63,147 bases of DNA, filler included, from Nemertoderma westbladi (GCA_032718475.1; 4 parts of 4 records of this genome joined end to end with filler, not necessarily neighbours in it), one strand, 5' to 3'; counted from the first letter of the whole stretch, positions 50,230 through 62,224 are shown. Notes: generated from the sequence alone by a model not told the origin. Numbers and translations: made by a program.

Positions 50230-51848
50230 TTAGTGGTGTACCAGCGGTGGTGTCCCCTGGAGACCCGTTGGTAGTGTGTGGATCCGCACAGGGTCCCCCA
50301 CTGTGAGAGTGGGAAGTGGTTTGGCCCCACGGTTATAATAGGACGCCTGTGCTGTCATCAGCGGTGGCACAGCGGCGTCTAGCGCTGTCCGTGTCGCTTG
50401 ATGGTCGGCGTTGAAGGCCCTGCTGTGCATGGGCACCCGCGAGCGTATGGCAGTATGGGGTGTCCAAACAGGATTTGGGCTGGTGATAAACCGTGGGCAC
50501 GGGGTGAATTGCGCAGTTCTAGGAGGCCCTCCTGGAATGCGGCTGAGTTTATTTTGCCTCCTGTCTTTGTAAGGAGGGCTTTGAGAGCTTTGACGGCCGA
50601 CTCGGCGTGGCCGTTGCTCTGCGGGTATTCGGGGGAGGAGAAGGAATGCTCGACTCCCCAGTTGCGGAGGAAGTCCGTCATGTTCGACCCCGCAAACTGT
50701 GGTGCGGAGTCGGACTTCCCGGGCGATTTGGGTTTGGACCGGCAGACGGCCCGGAAGTGTCCCGCCTTCCCGCACGAGCTGCAGGTGGCGTCCCTGGCGG
50801 GGCAATGTGCTTTACCAGCCGCGTGTTGTCGTCCACAGTTTGTACACGCGCGTTCCGAGTTGGTCGGTTGCGGTTTGTCGGACTGTGGTTTCCGTTTGGA
50901 GGAGTTCAAGCGCGAACGTTTGTAACTCGAAGTTACCTTGGCGACGGGTCGTCCCCGGCCGATAATCGTGTCGTTGTGCTCGCTCGCTTCCATTGCCGGG
51001 CGATTCGCACACAGTCGTCCAACGTGGGCTGTGGAAGAACCTTGAGGAGTTCTGTGCGCGTCTCGGAGCTGCGGATTCCAACCAGGATCTGTGTGACGAT
51101 CTGGCGGTTCCGGCAGTGGTCGCAGAGTTCTGCTGCGTCCGCGAGTTCTTCGAGCGCAATCCGATATGCGTCGAAGTTCTCGTTCGGCCCCTGTTTCCGG
51201 TCGTGGAAGCGGATTCCGTCGATCGCAATGCCGCGTTTCGACCGGAGGTGGGCCTGCAGGGTGTCGAGGATCGAGTCCGTCGTCGTATCGGGATCGTCGA
51301 TGTCGACACGTAGGGTGACCGTCAGGGTCTGCTGGAGGTCCCGGCCGAGAGCGGACACGAGGGCGTAGACCTGTTCGTCTCGGGGGAAAGTTGAGGCTTG
51401 CTGGCGGTGCGCGTGCACCCGCCAAGCCTCCCTCCAACGTCGGAATGGGGTAAACTCGATGTCCCCATCGATTTTTTCGAGGCCGGTTATGTCTAAAACG
51501 CGGCGTCGATGTGGCGGGTCGGCTCCCGGTGCCGGGCCCGCGGCGGCAGGTTGTCCCGAAACAGGGGCGGGAGGTGCAGCTGCGGCAGGGACCGCGCCTT
51601 GTTGGACCTGGAGGGCGGCGATCAGTTGCGCCATCCGAGCGTCCGCGTCTGCTCGCTGCAGGGCGGCGTCCGCCATCCGCCTGCTGCTGGACCAGTAGAG
51701 CAGTAAGTTTGTCGACTCGCGCATCCGCGTGGGCCTGCTGTTGGAAGAGTTCGCGTCGTAGGTCGGTGATGCCTGTAGGCGTGCCGGTGGCCGGTTCGGT
51801 AGCATCCGGGTCCGGGTCCGAGTCACTTGCTTGTCGACGTCTCGACAT
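50230..51848 (-). pseudogene. Frameshifted gag fused to the C-terminal part of integrase
   Basis: ATG at 51848 (MSRRRQ). FHDRKQGPNENFDAY..LADAAELC gag core; CTNCG..H..CPARDATCSSCGKAGHFRAVC knuckles. Directly followed by SDSAPQF..SSPEYPQSNGHAESAVK..RNSP..SPAQILFG. No PR, RT or RH. Confidence 0.88.
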
Positions 51849-51876
51849 GATGTACCGGTACTCGCGTACTCGTATG

Positions 51877-52860
51877 CCAGGTTGGAATTTATGTAGAGTT
51901 TGCTCAACATGTGTGGCGCGGATTAAGGATCCTGGCGCGTAGTGACAGGGGCGTGTGGCGCGGATTAAGGATCCTGGCGCGTAGTGACAGGGGCGTGTGG
52001 CGCGCATTGAGGATCCTGGCGGTCCTGGCGCGAATATGGATGGATGTAGGGTTAGGTTAGGACAGTATAGGAGGTAGCGTAGCAGTGCACTAGCAACACA
52101 TCCCACTCTAAAGCTCTATTTCAGTAGGCCCCCTATTTGAAATTATTCCATAGGTTTATAAAGCAGTAAAGATCGAAAAATGTCCGCTCGCTTCGCTCGC
52201 GTTTATACTATAACTGCTGAACTGTATAAGTCTACTCTTAGCACTGTTTGGCTGTGGACAAATGGAAACGGACAGATTGAGCATGACCATTAAAAACATG
52301 ACTTGTTTCAAAAGTTTTTCAATTGTCAGATTCTTCAAACCAATAAAACCATGACAGCCTGCATGATTCAGCAGAATTTCCGTGCTCGCTACGCTCGCCA
52401 GCTCGCAATTTCATGACATCTGCATTTCTGCATTTGAAAACAGTCGGTTTGCCTACTTTAAATGCTGAAATGTTAAAATTTTCGTGCTCGCTACGTTCGC
52501 ATCTTAATCACATCCGCATTTAAAAACAGTCAGTTAGGTTGACCTGCTACTACTACTACTACTAACTGACTAACTACCAGAACTACAGCACTATCTGACT
52601 ATTACAGTATTACCTGATTACTGTCAGACTGTATTTATGTTAACATAATTGGGAAATTTCCTTGCTCGCTACGCTCGCATTTTAATGTTAAAATACTGTA
52701 GGGCTACAGCATTATAAACTGATAAATTATTACAACTGAGCAATTACTGCAAAATTTCATGGTCAATTGTTGGCTTGGCGCGCATTAGATATCATGGCTG
52801 GCGCGATTTTCGTTTAACCAGAACGCGTGTGGCGCGCTTTTTGTCAGTATTCCATATAAG
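51877..52860. mobile_element. Putative hAT-type non-autonomous insertion in the Gypsy leader
   Basis: 8-bp direct repeat CTCGTATG at 51869-51876 and 52861-52868. Degenerate 12-bp TIRs share TGGAAT. Subterminal TGGCGCG and GCTCGCTACGCTCGC motifs. Confidence 0.65.
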
Positions 52861-53744
52861 CTCGTATGTAGGTGTAGGCCTCTTTCGGTATGTTCAATCT
52901 GTCCGGAGATTACCGCGAAGTTCGACTGCAGCTCTTAGAGGTAGCAGGAACACAACTTCGCCATATGGGGATATGCACTGAGCATATGAGAATATGAGGT
53001 GGAGAAATATCAACATAAATCACGATCATATAACTGTAAATGTAGAATAGAATGTATGAGGAATACAATGCGGTACACACAACGATAGTGCGGCAGTGTT
53101 CGACAGAGTCCCGAGTCCAGACCTGTGTCCTTCATCCTTGAAGGACCCCTACAGCAGTACGGTACAGAGACAGTATACAGAGTATATGCAGATATGCCAG
53201 TATGCCAGATAAGCAGAGCGCTAGGCTATGGGCTGCATAGCGCGCGTAGCAGTAGTCTGACTGTGACGTCATCACGTATCACGCGGGTATCTCTAGGTAT
53301 AAGCAGCGCGGGCTGCGTCCGCGTAGTAGATGCGTACAGTATATCATCACAAGTTTCAGCGAGAAGAGTCAAAATTATGTCAACCTCATACTGTACAAAT
53401 TTCAACAGAATGGACGTGATTAATTACTCTGCAAAATTTTACTCTTTATCATAAAATCGGCCCTCCCATCTATGAAATACTGGAAAACGGTGAAAGAAGA
53501 ATTACGGATACCAGACACGGACGAGATACAGGAAATAAATAATTTGTAAGTTTAAATACTTTATTGAAGTAATAAAATTAACAAATAAATTAATTGTGTT
53601 TAAACACCATTTAATTCCGAATAAAAATAGTCTTAGTTTATATAAATCAATTAATGGGGCACCATTTCAGTATATTATATCCATAACGAAATCAGTTTAT
53701 TTCAATTACAGTAGTAATAAGTTCTACAGTATATAGGTAGGTGA

Positions 53745-54218
53745 GTCTGTCGGTAGGTCAGTTGGTCAGTCGGTCGTTCAGTCTGTCGGTCAGTTGATTA
53801 GTCGGCAGGTCAGTTGGTTAGTCTGTCGGTCAGTCTGTCAGTCGGTTGGTCAGTCTGTCATTCAATTTGTTGGTCAGTTTGTTTGCTGGTTGGTAGGTCA
53901 GTTGGCCAGTCTGTGTGTGAGTCTGTCGGTCGGTTGGTCAATTTGTCATTCAGTCTGTCGGTCAGTCTGTTGGTCCGGTTGGTCAGTCTGTCGGTCGGTT
54001 GGTCAATCTGTCATTCAGTATGTCGTTCAGTCTGTCGGTCGGTTGGTCAGTCTGTCTGTCAGTCTCTCGGTCGGTTGGTCAGTATGTCGGTCGGTTGGTC
54101 AGTCTGTCAGTGGGTCAGTCGGTTGGTCAGTCAGTCGCTCAGTCTGTCGGTCGATTGGTCAGTCTGTCGGTCAGTCTGTTGGTCGGTCGGTTGGTCAGAC
54201 TGTCGGTGGGTCTGTCAG
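53745..54218 (+). repeat. Degenerate tetranucleotide-based microsatellite (GTCA/GTCG/GTCT/GTTG)
   Basis: Direct inspection; a short reverse-complement patch lies at 54743-54840. Confidence 0.9.
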
Positions 54219-54843
54219 TGTGTACCAATTTATACTGATTCCACATAATTTATAATTTATTTACTTAATAATAACTGATAAATCAAATATGCTGTTAATG
54301 AATTAATATTTTAGTTTATTAATAATAATTGTAAAAAAAATATGTTAATTGAGCAATATTATATTATACAGTAATTAACCACAGTACTGACACTTTAACC
54401 ACACTCAAGTGAGAGATGATAACAAAAGATTTCAATCCCGGTTCATATTGGCTACCAATGTGAATCATCTACACGGCTATTGGTAGATGGAAGGAGCCAT
54501 TGCAGTACAAATAGTAATAACACTACATTGCATCAAGTCAATACATGCTTACTCTCTTCAGCTGATTTTATTTTATCCAATCATTGTGTGTGGAAAGGTA
54601 TGTTACAGAATCTTTGCTATTTTGCTAATTCTTTAAATTAAACTGCACTATAGCTTCACCCACGCATATCCCACAACATATTTTTGTATATTTCCATTAT
54701 TTATCTTACAGTGTCAAAGGCAGTTTGGGTTGGGTTTAGAAATGACCAACACCAACTGACCTGACCAACTGACCTATCGACTGATCAACCAACCAACAGA
54801 CTGACCGACAGACTGAATGACAGATTGACCAACCGACCGATAG

Positions 54844-55451
54844 AAAAGGTAAATAGAATTAAGTAATATCAGTGTTGGTGGGTGTTTTAAAGATGATTGT
54901 AGTTAGTGAAACATAAAATTATTAAAAGCATTTGTGTATTTGTTTACGTGATGAAATCGTAATTGACAAGTAAATAAACGACATACTGTACAACATGTAT
55001 ATTAAATAAGACAATAAATAACATTTAGTTTCGTAAGTTAAATTTCATTAGGAGTATTATTTAATACTCATTACAGTCATCAGTAGCGAATCAACAAATA
55101 GTCAGTTCCATTATCAAGCCCATTTGCCACAAAGGTACAAATAATCGAGACACATCAATGAATTTGTACTTCGGTTGAGCGTTTACATTTGTCATTCCAA
55201 TATATTTGTCAAACCTAAAAAATAATACTGTTGTGATTAGACACTTGCGTTCTGTATATATTGTGGTAATTAGACGTTAGTGAAGTCTTGTGGTAATTAG
55301 ACACTGAGTATTACTAACTACCGTACTGTATATTGTGGTAATTAAACGTTAGTGACGTCTTGTGGTAATTAGACACTGAGTATTAATAACTACCGTACTG
55401 TATATTGTGGTAATTAGATGCAGTGTAGTCTTGTGGTAAATAAACACTTGA
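54844..55451 (-). repeat. Dispersed repeat copy 2, inverted relative to 46419-47062
   Basis: Near-identical reverse complement over about 600 bp. Confidence 0.9.
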
Positions 55452-55512
55452 ATTTTTTCAAAATTATAAAAGACTCATTTTTATAGTCAAATTTTATTTG
55501 TTTTTCTTTTAA

Positions 55513-55690
55513 TTGGGGGCTGCCGCCCCCAAACGCCTGCTTCTTTTCTTGGGGGCTGCCGCCCCCAAACCACCGCTTCTTTTCTTGGGGGCTCCCGCCC
55601 CCAAACCCCCGCTTCCTTTCTTGGGGGCTGCCGTCCCCAAACCCCTGCTTCTTTTCTTGGGAACTGCCGCCCCCAAACCCCCGCTTCTTT
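55513..55690. repeat. 36-bp x5 minisatellite; each unit carries a TTGGGGG..CCCCCAA hairpin
   Basis: TTGGGGGCTGCCGCCCCCAAACCCCCGCTTCTTTTC units. Confidence 0.9.
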
Positions 55691-56571
55691 TATTGTGGGG
55701 CATTCCCTGAGTGCCCGTGGTGAAAGACTTAAGACCATTTTGAAATATTTAATTCATGTTTGTATCATCAGATAATAAATTGACTAAGCATAAAGTAGGA
55801 GCTGTATTGAATGTTAACCAAATTAATATATAAATTACTACAATAATATATAATTCAACAAAATCCTATTAAAAATATTGCAAGTAACCAGGAAATGTAA
55901 TATGTAGTGTGTATAATATCTATATATATAGTATGTATAGTAATATGTATATCAATATGTAATGCTGAACACAGAATACAGGTCGACGCATGTCGATTTT
56001 ACCCTGGAGAGGTACAGTATAATTTTGATTGCAACAATAATATTCATCCCCATCTGCTACAATTTGAAGAAGACTATTACATAATAATACCTATAATTAA
56101 AACAATTAATTATTATAATTCTATAGTTAATAAAAACAGTATATCATTCGGGGGATGGAATTTATAGGTCATCTAATTAATTGTTTAAAGATTAGCAAAC
56201 AATACAATGTAATTGCATTGATAAAATCCATAAATAAAACTTGGATATAAAATATAAAATCGGGATGCAAAAGATTACTTTCTGAGCTACGAAAGGAAAA
56301 TTGGATACAACTTGTCTGGATACAAGCGGTCCGTTTACCTTACAAAATGAAAAATACGAATGTGCGAAATTAAGAACAGTCGGGGGGGGGGGAAGTGTCC
56401 GGGGGGGAAGTGTCTGGGGGGGAAGTGTCCTACTTGACTGCTTGAGCGGGGGTAACTGTCCGGGGGGAAGTGTCCGAACACCAGTGTAAGGTACCAGACT
56501 AATAAGCCAGCTTGCTTTATCTGCCTTTCATTAATCCTCTGTGCTCCTTTGGGTTGGGGTGGTGCAGATTA

Positions 56572-56922
56572 AGTGTCAAGGCTTTTACAGGCGGCTAACC
56601 CTACATCGGCCAAAGGAGTTTGTTTGTAGCCCTTGTGAGTACTATCAAATGCCTTGGGATACCTGCCGCATAGCAGGAGCACTCAGCACTCACCGGGTTT
56701 AAGGCAAAATGGTGTGATCCTTGGTCTTGTATATTCATGAGCATTATAATGCAATAATAATAACTATAATACGACGATATAATGGTAACAGATACTGGGC
56801 AACGGATAAACAAGATCAACGATAGCATATGGCACGAATTGGACACAAATGCGTACAGAAGTTGAATAGTTCTCTGATAAAAGTATGAGATTTCGATATA
56901 CAGTTAGCGTGTGCATCAAAAT
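56572..56922. repeat. Internally deleted copy of the 35602-37300 dispersed repeat
   Basis: AGTGTCAAGGCTTTTAC..., GGTCTTGTATATTCAT... and AATAGTTCTCTGATAAAA... are shared in the same order. Confidence 0.75.
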
Positions 56923-58110
56923 TAAGAGGGCGGTTGAAGGAAGGAAGGGGGTGGGGGGGGGGGGGGGATCTTTCCTCTCTTCTTTGATTTATTCTTTTTG
57001 GCGTTTTGGTTAAATTTTCTTAATTATTTATTTAAATTTCTTAAGTACCGATTTTGGGATAGAATTGCTCAATTTTAATCTGTATCTAATAACTGAGCCT
57101 CGTCCTGCGCGATGTCCCCACGAACGTGTTAACTGTTAACAGGAAAAGCTACGATCTAAGCACTGTAGTACTGAAGTACTGTAGAGAAAATATTTGCACG
57201 AAATTTGGAGACCGGGGGGGGGGGGGGAACTGGCCGCAAAGCGAATTAATCCCACCTCAATGTTAAATTCTCAATTTAGGGAAAGGAGCAGGTTACAGTG
57301 GCACGTTATGGGGATTAATTTTTATTGCGTCCAGCCCCCCCCCCCCCCCCCATCTGTAGGCCTACTCCATAAACCGAACTCAGTTCAATTCTCAGAACTA
57401 GTTCAATTATAGGTAGTCGGGAGCGTCTATTATCCCCCCCCCCCCCCTCCCCCCCCCCCTCGATTCGGACTCACAATATAATGAACATCTTCCGATTCTT
57501 CCTCTACCATTATCTTGCCCTCTGATTGGACAGTTTTGTTTGTTGGCACTTTATGTCCTTTACAATTAAGATTCACAATTGACGATTGATAAAATGTAAT
57601 GTTGGTATTTTTAACTTAATATTAAGACAAACCGAATAAAAATGGTGTTTTATGGAATTGGTTGACAATTATTCAAATTTTTCATTATACATATTACCAT
57701 GGCAACGGGATTGAAAAAATATTTAAATGTAGAATATTTTGATAAACATTTATTCCCATTACTCGCCTACCAAATCTCAAGAACAGAATCCTTCGTCGTC
57801 TTGAATTACAGACGGGCAAAGTTTGAACTTTGTACCCGGTTACCTTGACAACAACAATATAAACATATTTTATTATATAGAAACATATTTTATTACAATT
57901 CTATTAACCCTAGTCATCATATCCACCTAAGAAAAGTAGCACATAAGAAGTTTCTAAGGAAATATGAAAATAGAGCCATAAATAGGGAAAAGATCGGCCT
58001 CCGCTAATTTCAGCAATCCGCTCGCTGCATGACCTGTTATTTAGTACACCTTGGATTCACCCCTCCTCGTGGTTCAACCCTCCTGGCTCTGCTCTCCGGC
58101 CCCTATCTCA

Positions 58111-58241
58111 CTATAAGGTTGAAGAATAACTGCACAATGTAAGGTGTACTGGTGCAATATCGATGATGGAGACACCTTTCTTAAACGCTTGTAGATAATA
58201 AGTGAGACCAAAAAATAAAAATTCTGACTCCACCCACCCAG
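58111..58241. repeat. Diverged fragment of the fold-back MITE family
   Basis: Aligns to 5664-5778 (CTATAAGGT..GAAGAATAACTGC..TTAAACGCTTGTAG..AAAAATAAAAATTCTG). Confidence 0.7.
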
Positions 58242-58263
58242 GAGAAGTTCCGGTCCGGCCTCG

Positions 58264-58363
58264 NNNNNNNNNNNNNNNNNNNNNNNNNNNNNNNNNNNNN
58301 NNNNNNNTTAATTAATTAANNNNNNNNNNNNNNNNNNNNNNNNNNNNNNNNNNNNNNNNNNNN
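58264..58363. other. Artificial contig linker
   Basis: N44-TTAATTAATTAA-N44. Confidence 0.98.
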
Positions 58364-58734
58364 TGTCGCAATGGAGTCAGATATGAGGCCCATCACCCAT
58401 ATCTACTCTGGCGTACATGACCCACCATTGGCTGTTGCAGCTCATCTGCTGGGTCATGCCCTGTACCCTTGCTGCCAGGTGCAGGTCGCAGTGAAGTGCC
58501 CTCAGAGTGGACATGAGAACACTCTACTCCTAACCAGCCATTGGTAGATCACCATCTGCCTGGTCAGGCCATATACCCCTGCAGCCAAGTATATGGGTCC
58601 TTAATCCAGGACCAAGGGCGTCCTTATCCCAGAACGAAGGGGGTCCTAGTTACAGGACCAGATTTGCCCTAGTAAGAGGGTCTATGCAGCTACAGGTGGC
58701 ACCTCCTTTATGCTGCATGGGCCACTAGAAAGTT

Positions 58735-59997
58735 GCCCTTCCCCTGAGGCCCGATTCGACAGCCTCCACGTAGACATCGTTGGTCCACTTCCACCATCGG
58801 AAGGCCACGGCTACCTATTCACAATCATCGACAGGTATGGCCTGAGGTCATCCCCATTATCGACGCCACCGCTGAGAACTCTGCCCGCGCACTTCTACGG
58901 GGCTGGATCGCCAGGTTCGGGATACCCGGGGACATCACCTCCGATCGCGGGGCGCAGTTTACCTCTCACCTGTGGGCCGAGCTTCACAACCTCCTCGGCA
59001 TCTCGGCCTCCACTACTACATCCTACCACCCACAGGCGAATGGGATGATCGAGCGACTCCATCGCCAACTCAAGGCATCGCTCAAGGCCCGCCTACATGG
59101 ACCGAAATGGATGGACGAACTCCCACTAGTCCTACTCGGGATCAGGACGGCTTGGAAGGAGGACCCTGGCTGCTCACCCGCCGACCTCGTCTATGGCACC
59201 CCCCTCCACGTGCCTGGCGAGTTCGTGGGCCCTGGGTCCGCGCGAACAGAGACTCCATCCTCAGCTTTCGTCTCCGACCTCAAGGAACGCCTCAAGTCAG
59301 CTGTTCCCCCGCCGACAAACTTCCACGGCTCACCGTCAACCTCCCACATCCCGGCATCCCTGGCCTCGACTGGTTACGTGTATGTACGCCGTGGTGGTCA
59401 TGTAGGACCTCTCAACCGCCCCTATGCTGGCCCCTACAAAATCATTAAGGTGGAGCCAAAAACTTTCCTCCTTGACCTCAATGGCCGCCTGGATCATGTC
59501 TCCATCGACAGACTGAAGATTGCCTTCATTCCGCGGCCGCCCACGATCCCACCGGCACCGTCGGCATCTTCGTCAGATCCCGACCTTCCGGCGCCTTCCT
59601 ACGCTGCCGTAGCAGCCACTCCAGCACGACATACCAGTCCTTACGCCAGGCCCAAGGCCCACTCGAAACCTCCCACCACGACGTCGTCCACGTTTCAGAC
59701 TCGTTCCGGCCGACAGGTCCGCCGTCACGGAAAGATATACCACCTAACATTCATCGCCACTATTAGGGATTTATCGTGTTACCACACTTGAGGGGGGGGG
59801 GGTTATGTAGCGATACTGTATGCGGGACTTAGGAGATATACAGTAGTGGCGTCCCTAGTTGCCTAGCAACGGACGATGTGGAGTTTTACATACAGACTGT
59901 CCATCTATCATCTTTTGGTACCGTACACTGCAGTACCGGCACGCTGTGTGCTATACGGATGACTGCGGCCCTATCCCGGTATATCTATATCTTTACA
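58735..59997 (+). mobile_element. 3' fragment of Gypsy element: frameshifted integrase, PPT and short LTR (59806-59997)
   Basis: RFDSLHVDIVGPLP, TIIDR, ITSDRGAQFTS, YHPQANGMIERLHRQLK, GPYKII. G-run PPT at 59791-59802; TGTA...TACA termini. Confidence 0.88.
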
Positions 59998-61003
59998 GTA
60001 GCAATGCATTGCTAACTTTTATTTTTATTATAATACATAATAACCCGCGCTTCGATTTATTCATTGAGAATAACGCCGCTACAATATTATCAATATTACC
60101 ATCCTGTATAAGAACTATATCAGAATCATCATTCGTAGTGTTCATACGTTCTACAAAACTCTCCATAACATTAACACTCCCAATCATCGAAGGGGCAGTG
60201 TCAGAAAGCTTTGAAGCAGGGTTACAAAGCAAAATAAAACGTGGTATTCCAACGACACAATTGTCCTCAATGTATGCACTTATTGAATCGTATTTTTGAA
60301 TTGAATCATCCAAGCAATCGCATAACTCAAATATATAATCCTCGCGATGTGAGGGCATCTTCATTTTCTTTAAACTTACATTTTCTGTGGATGATCCATC
60401 CTTCAACGGAAATAATTTATTAATAATTATATCATGTACTTTAATAGGTGAATCAGTCATGTCAACTCGAAGTCGTAGGACATTCGAAGACCCTAATGGT
60501 TTGGATAAACACACCATGTTCTGTTCTCCATCTCTGTTGATGTTTACTTTGACTCGAAAATGGGCAATTTTTGACAATAGAGAAGGTCGACCAACACTGT
60601 CATTGCCACAGCGTCGAGGCGCAACACGGCTCCAGATTGCTGATGCAACAGCTCGTCGGCTATTCCCAATGGGTGTTCGCGATAAATTCGCCGATGTCAT
60701 CCCCGAACTTCCAGTTCCTGACCCTGTACCGGTATTGGATAAGGTGGCTGAGTTGTTACCGTTACGGTTACCAATATCGGTACCAAGGTTATTGATACCA
60801 CTGTTGTTTCGCGCAGTTTCACGTAGAATATCCAGGGTGCGATTGATGGAATGTCGACTATTCGTATACTCCTGTCGGTATAGGCCTAACTCATTGTCAT
60901 CCATTCTGCCTGCATATATGATTAATACCGGTATCCGATTAGGCCAATTACTGCTGTAATGATTGGGATTGAGGCCTGAATCTATAGGCAAAGGCACTGC
61001 CAC
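59998..61003 (-). CDS. Unknown ORF truncated by the Gypsy LTR; possibly the N-terminus of a transposon-associated HECT-type protein
   Basis: 336-codon frame whose stop (59993-59995) lies inside the LTR. N/G/S-rich linker followed by a globular segment (NKLFP..DGSS..EDYIFELCDC..PRFILLC). The HECT link is recalled resemblance only. Confidence 0.5.
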
Positions 61004-61410
61004 TATGCCTACTACTGTATTACTGCTGTACTGTACTATGCCTGCTACTGTACTACTACCACGCAGTCTGTAATACCAGAATACCGGCTGACCGGTACTA
61101 GGCCTACCGCTGTACCGTACCTGTCAGTCTTTCAGTCGAATCCGGTCTCAAAAGTCGTTGCCTATGCAGTTACATAGCTATGATAACCTTGGCCAACTAC
61201 AGAACTATGAATGGCTCTGCCTCACGCCCCGCTGTCCTACAGTCCTACTGCAGTAGCCTACTAACTGGCTGACTGGCCTGCACACTTCAGCACTTGCAGG
61301 AATTATATCATTGGCGAATGAGTAGCGGTACATATTTGAATTCCCCTCCATGCCCCAACGCCCCCCCCCCACCCCCCCCCCCCCCCCCCATTATGTAAAA
61401 CAAGCAACAC

Positions 61411-61870
61411 AAAAACGTGTTTTCATAATATAATTAATTTTGCAAGTTCATCCAAAAACGTGTTTTCATAATATAATTAATTATGCCAGTTCATCCAAAA
61501 ACGTGTTTTCATAATATAATTAATTTTGCAAGTTCATCCAAAAACGTGTTTTCATAATATAATTAATTTTGCCAGTTCAGCCAAAAACGTGTTTTCATAA
61601 TATAATTAATTTTGCAAGTTCATCCAAAAACGTGTTTTCATAATATAATTAATTTTGCAAGTTCATCCAAAAACGTGTTTTCATAATATAATTAATTTTG
61701 CAAGTTCATCCAAAAACGTGTTTTCATAATATAATTAATTTTGCCAGTTCATCCAAAAACGTGTTTTCATAATATAATTAATATTGCAAGTTCATCCAAA
61801 AACGTGTTTTCATAATATAATTAATTTTACAACATCACCAAAAACGTGTTTTCATAATATAATTAATTTT
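61411..61870. repeat. 43-bp tandem repeat, about 11 copies, subterminal to a putative IS3EU end
   Basis: AAAAACGTGTTTTCATAATATAATTAATTTTGCAAGTTCATCC at 61411, 61454 and onward. Confidence 0.95.
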
Positions 61871-62002
61871 GGCCGAATTCTGCCACCGTAATTCCAGTAT
61901 TATTATAGTTTGTTTATTCATAGGTCTAAATATTATCTGCTTTATTATAGAGACGTTGCATTATCCATAATTAATGGCCGTTCGCAATCGAATATATTAA
62001 AG

Positions 62003-62199
62003 AGTTTTGGGACCAGGGACGATTACAAGAAAGGTAATTTATTTATTATAATCACGTATATAATTACTACGTAGCTAGACTTACTATAAGAAGGCTTAAC
62101 TTATTAATTAACTTATTATTTAAATTCATTTACTCAGGTTTACTGAAGAGGAACCGCGGCCGGCCATTCAAGAAACCCACAGAGAAAGTTCTAACCAAG
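62003..62199 (+). CDS. Two possible small exons (62003-62033, 62138-62199) encoding an AT-hook-like RGRP peptide
   Basis: AAG|GTAATT donor, TTTACTCAG acceptor and AAG|GTATTA donor. Joined frame SFGTRDDYKKGLLKRNRGRPFKKPTEKVLTK. Confidence 0.35.
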
Positions 62200-62224
62200 G
62201 TATTATTATATTACAATAAGAATA

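Larger units (their letters stand above)
49657..53351 (-). mobile_element. Internally deleted Gypsy (Mag-like) LTR retrotransposon with both LTRs
   Basis: LTRs at 49657-50021 and 52964-53351; 5-bp TSD AGTTT (49652-49656, 53352-53356). PBS-like TGGCGAAG directly after the 5' LTR; PPT AGAAGGGGGG before the 3' LTR. Confidence 0.95.
59998..61890 (-). mobile_element. Putative IS3EU-like DNA transposon end
   Basis: The minus strand begins TACGGTGGC at 61890 (TAYGG-type terminus), followed by subterminal tandem repeats and an inward-reading ORF. The other end and the transposase are not seen. Confidence 0.5.

Noticed and set aside
50398-51942. Plus-strand ORFs inside the Gypsy element
   Set aside because: GC-rich antisense shadows of gag/integrase.
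53440-53548. Peptide SALPSMKYWKTVKEELRIP resembling the end of a TIR domain
   Set aside because: Too short, and no convincing upstream frame even after removing the LTR element.
53794-54255. SVGQSV-type ORFs, and 55487-55738 ORFs
   Set aside because: Micro- and minisatellite translations.
56381-57480. Poly-G/poly-C runs and GGGGGAAGTGTCC repeats as G-quadruplex elements
   Set aside because: Such runs are scattered throughout the window, and homopolymer lengths are unreliable; no specific function is supportable.
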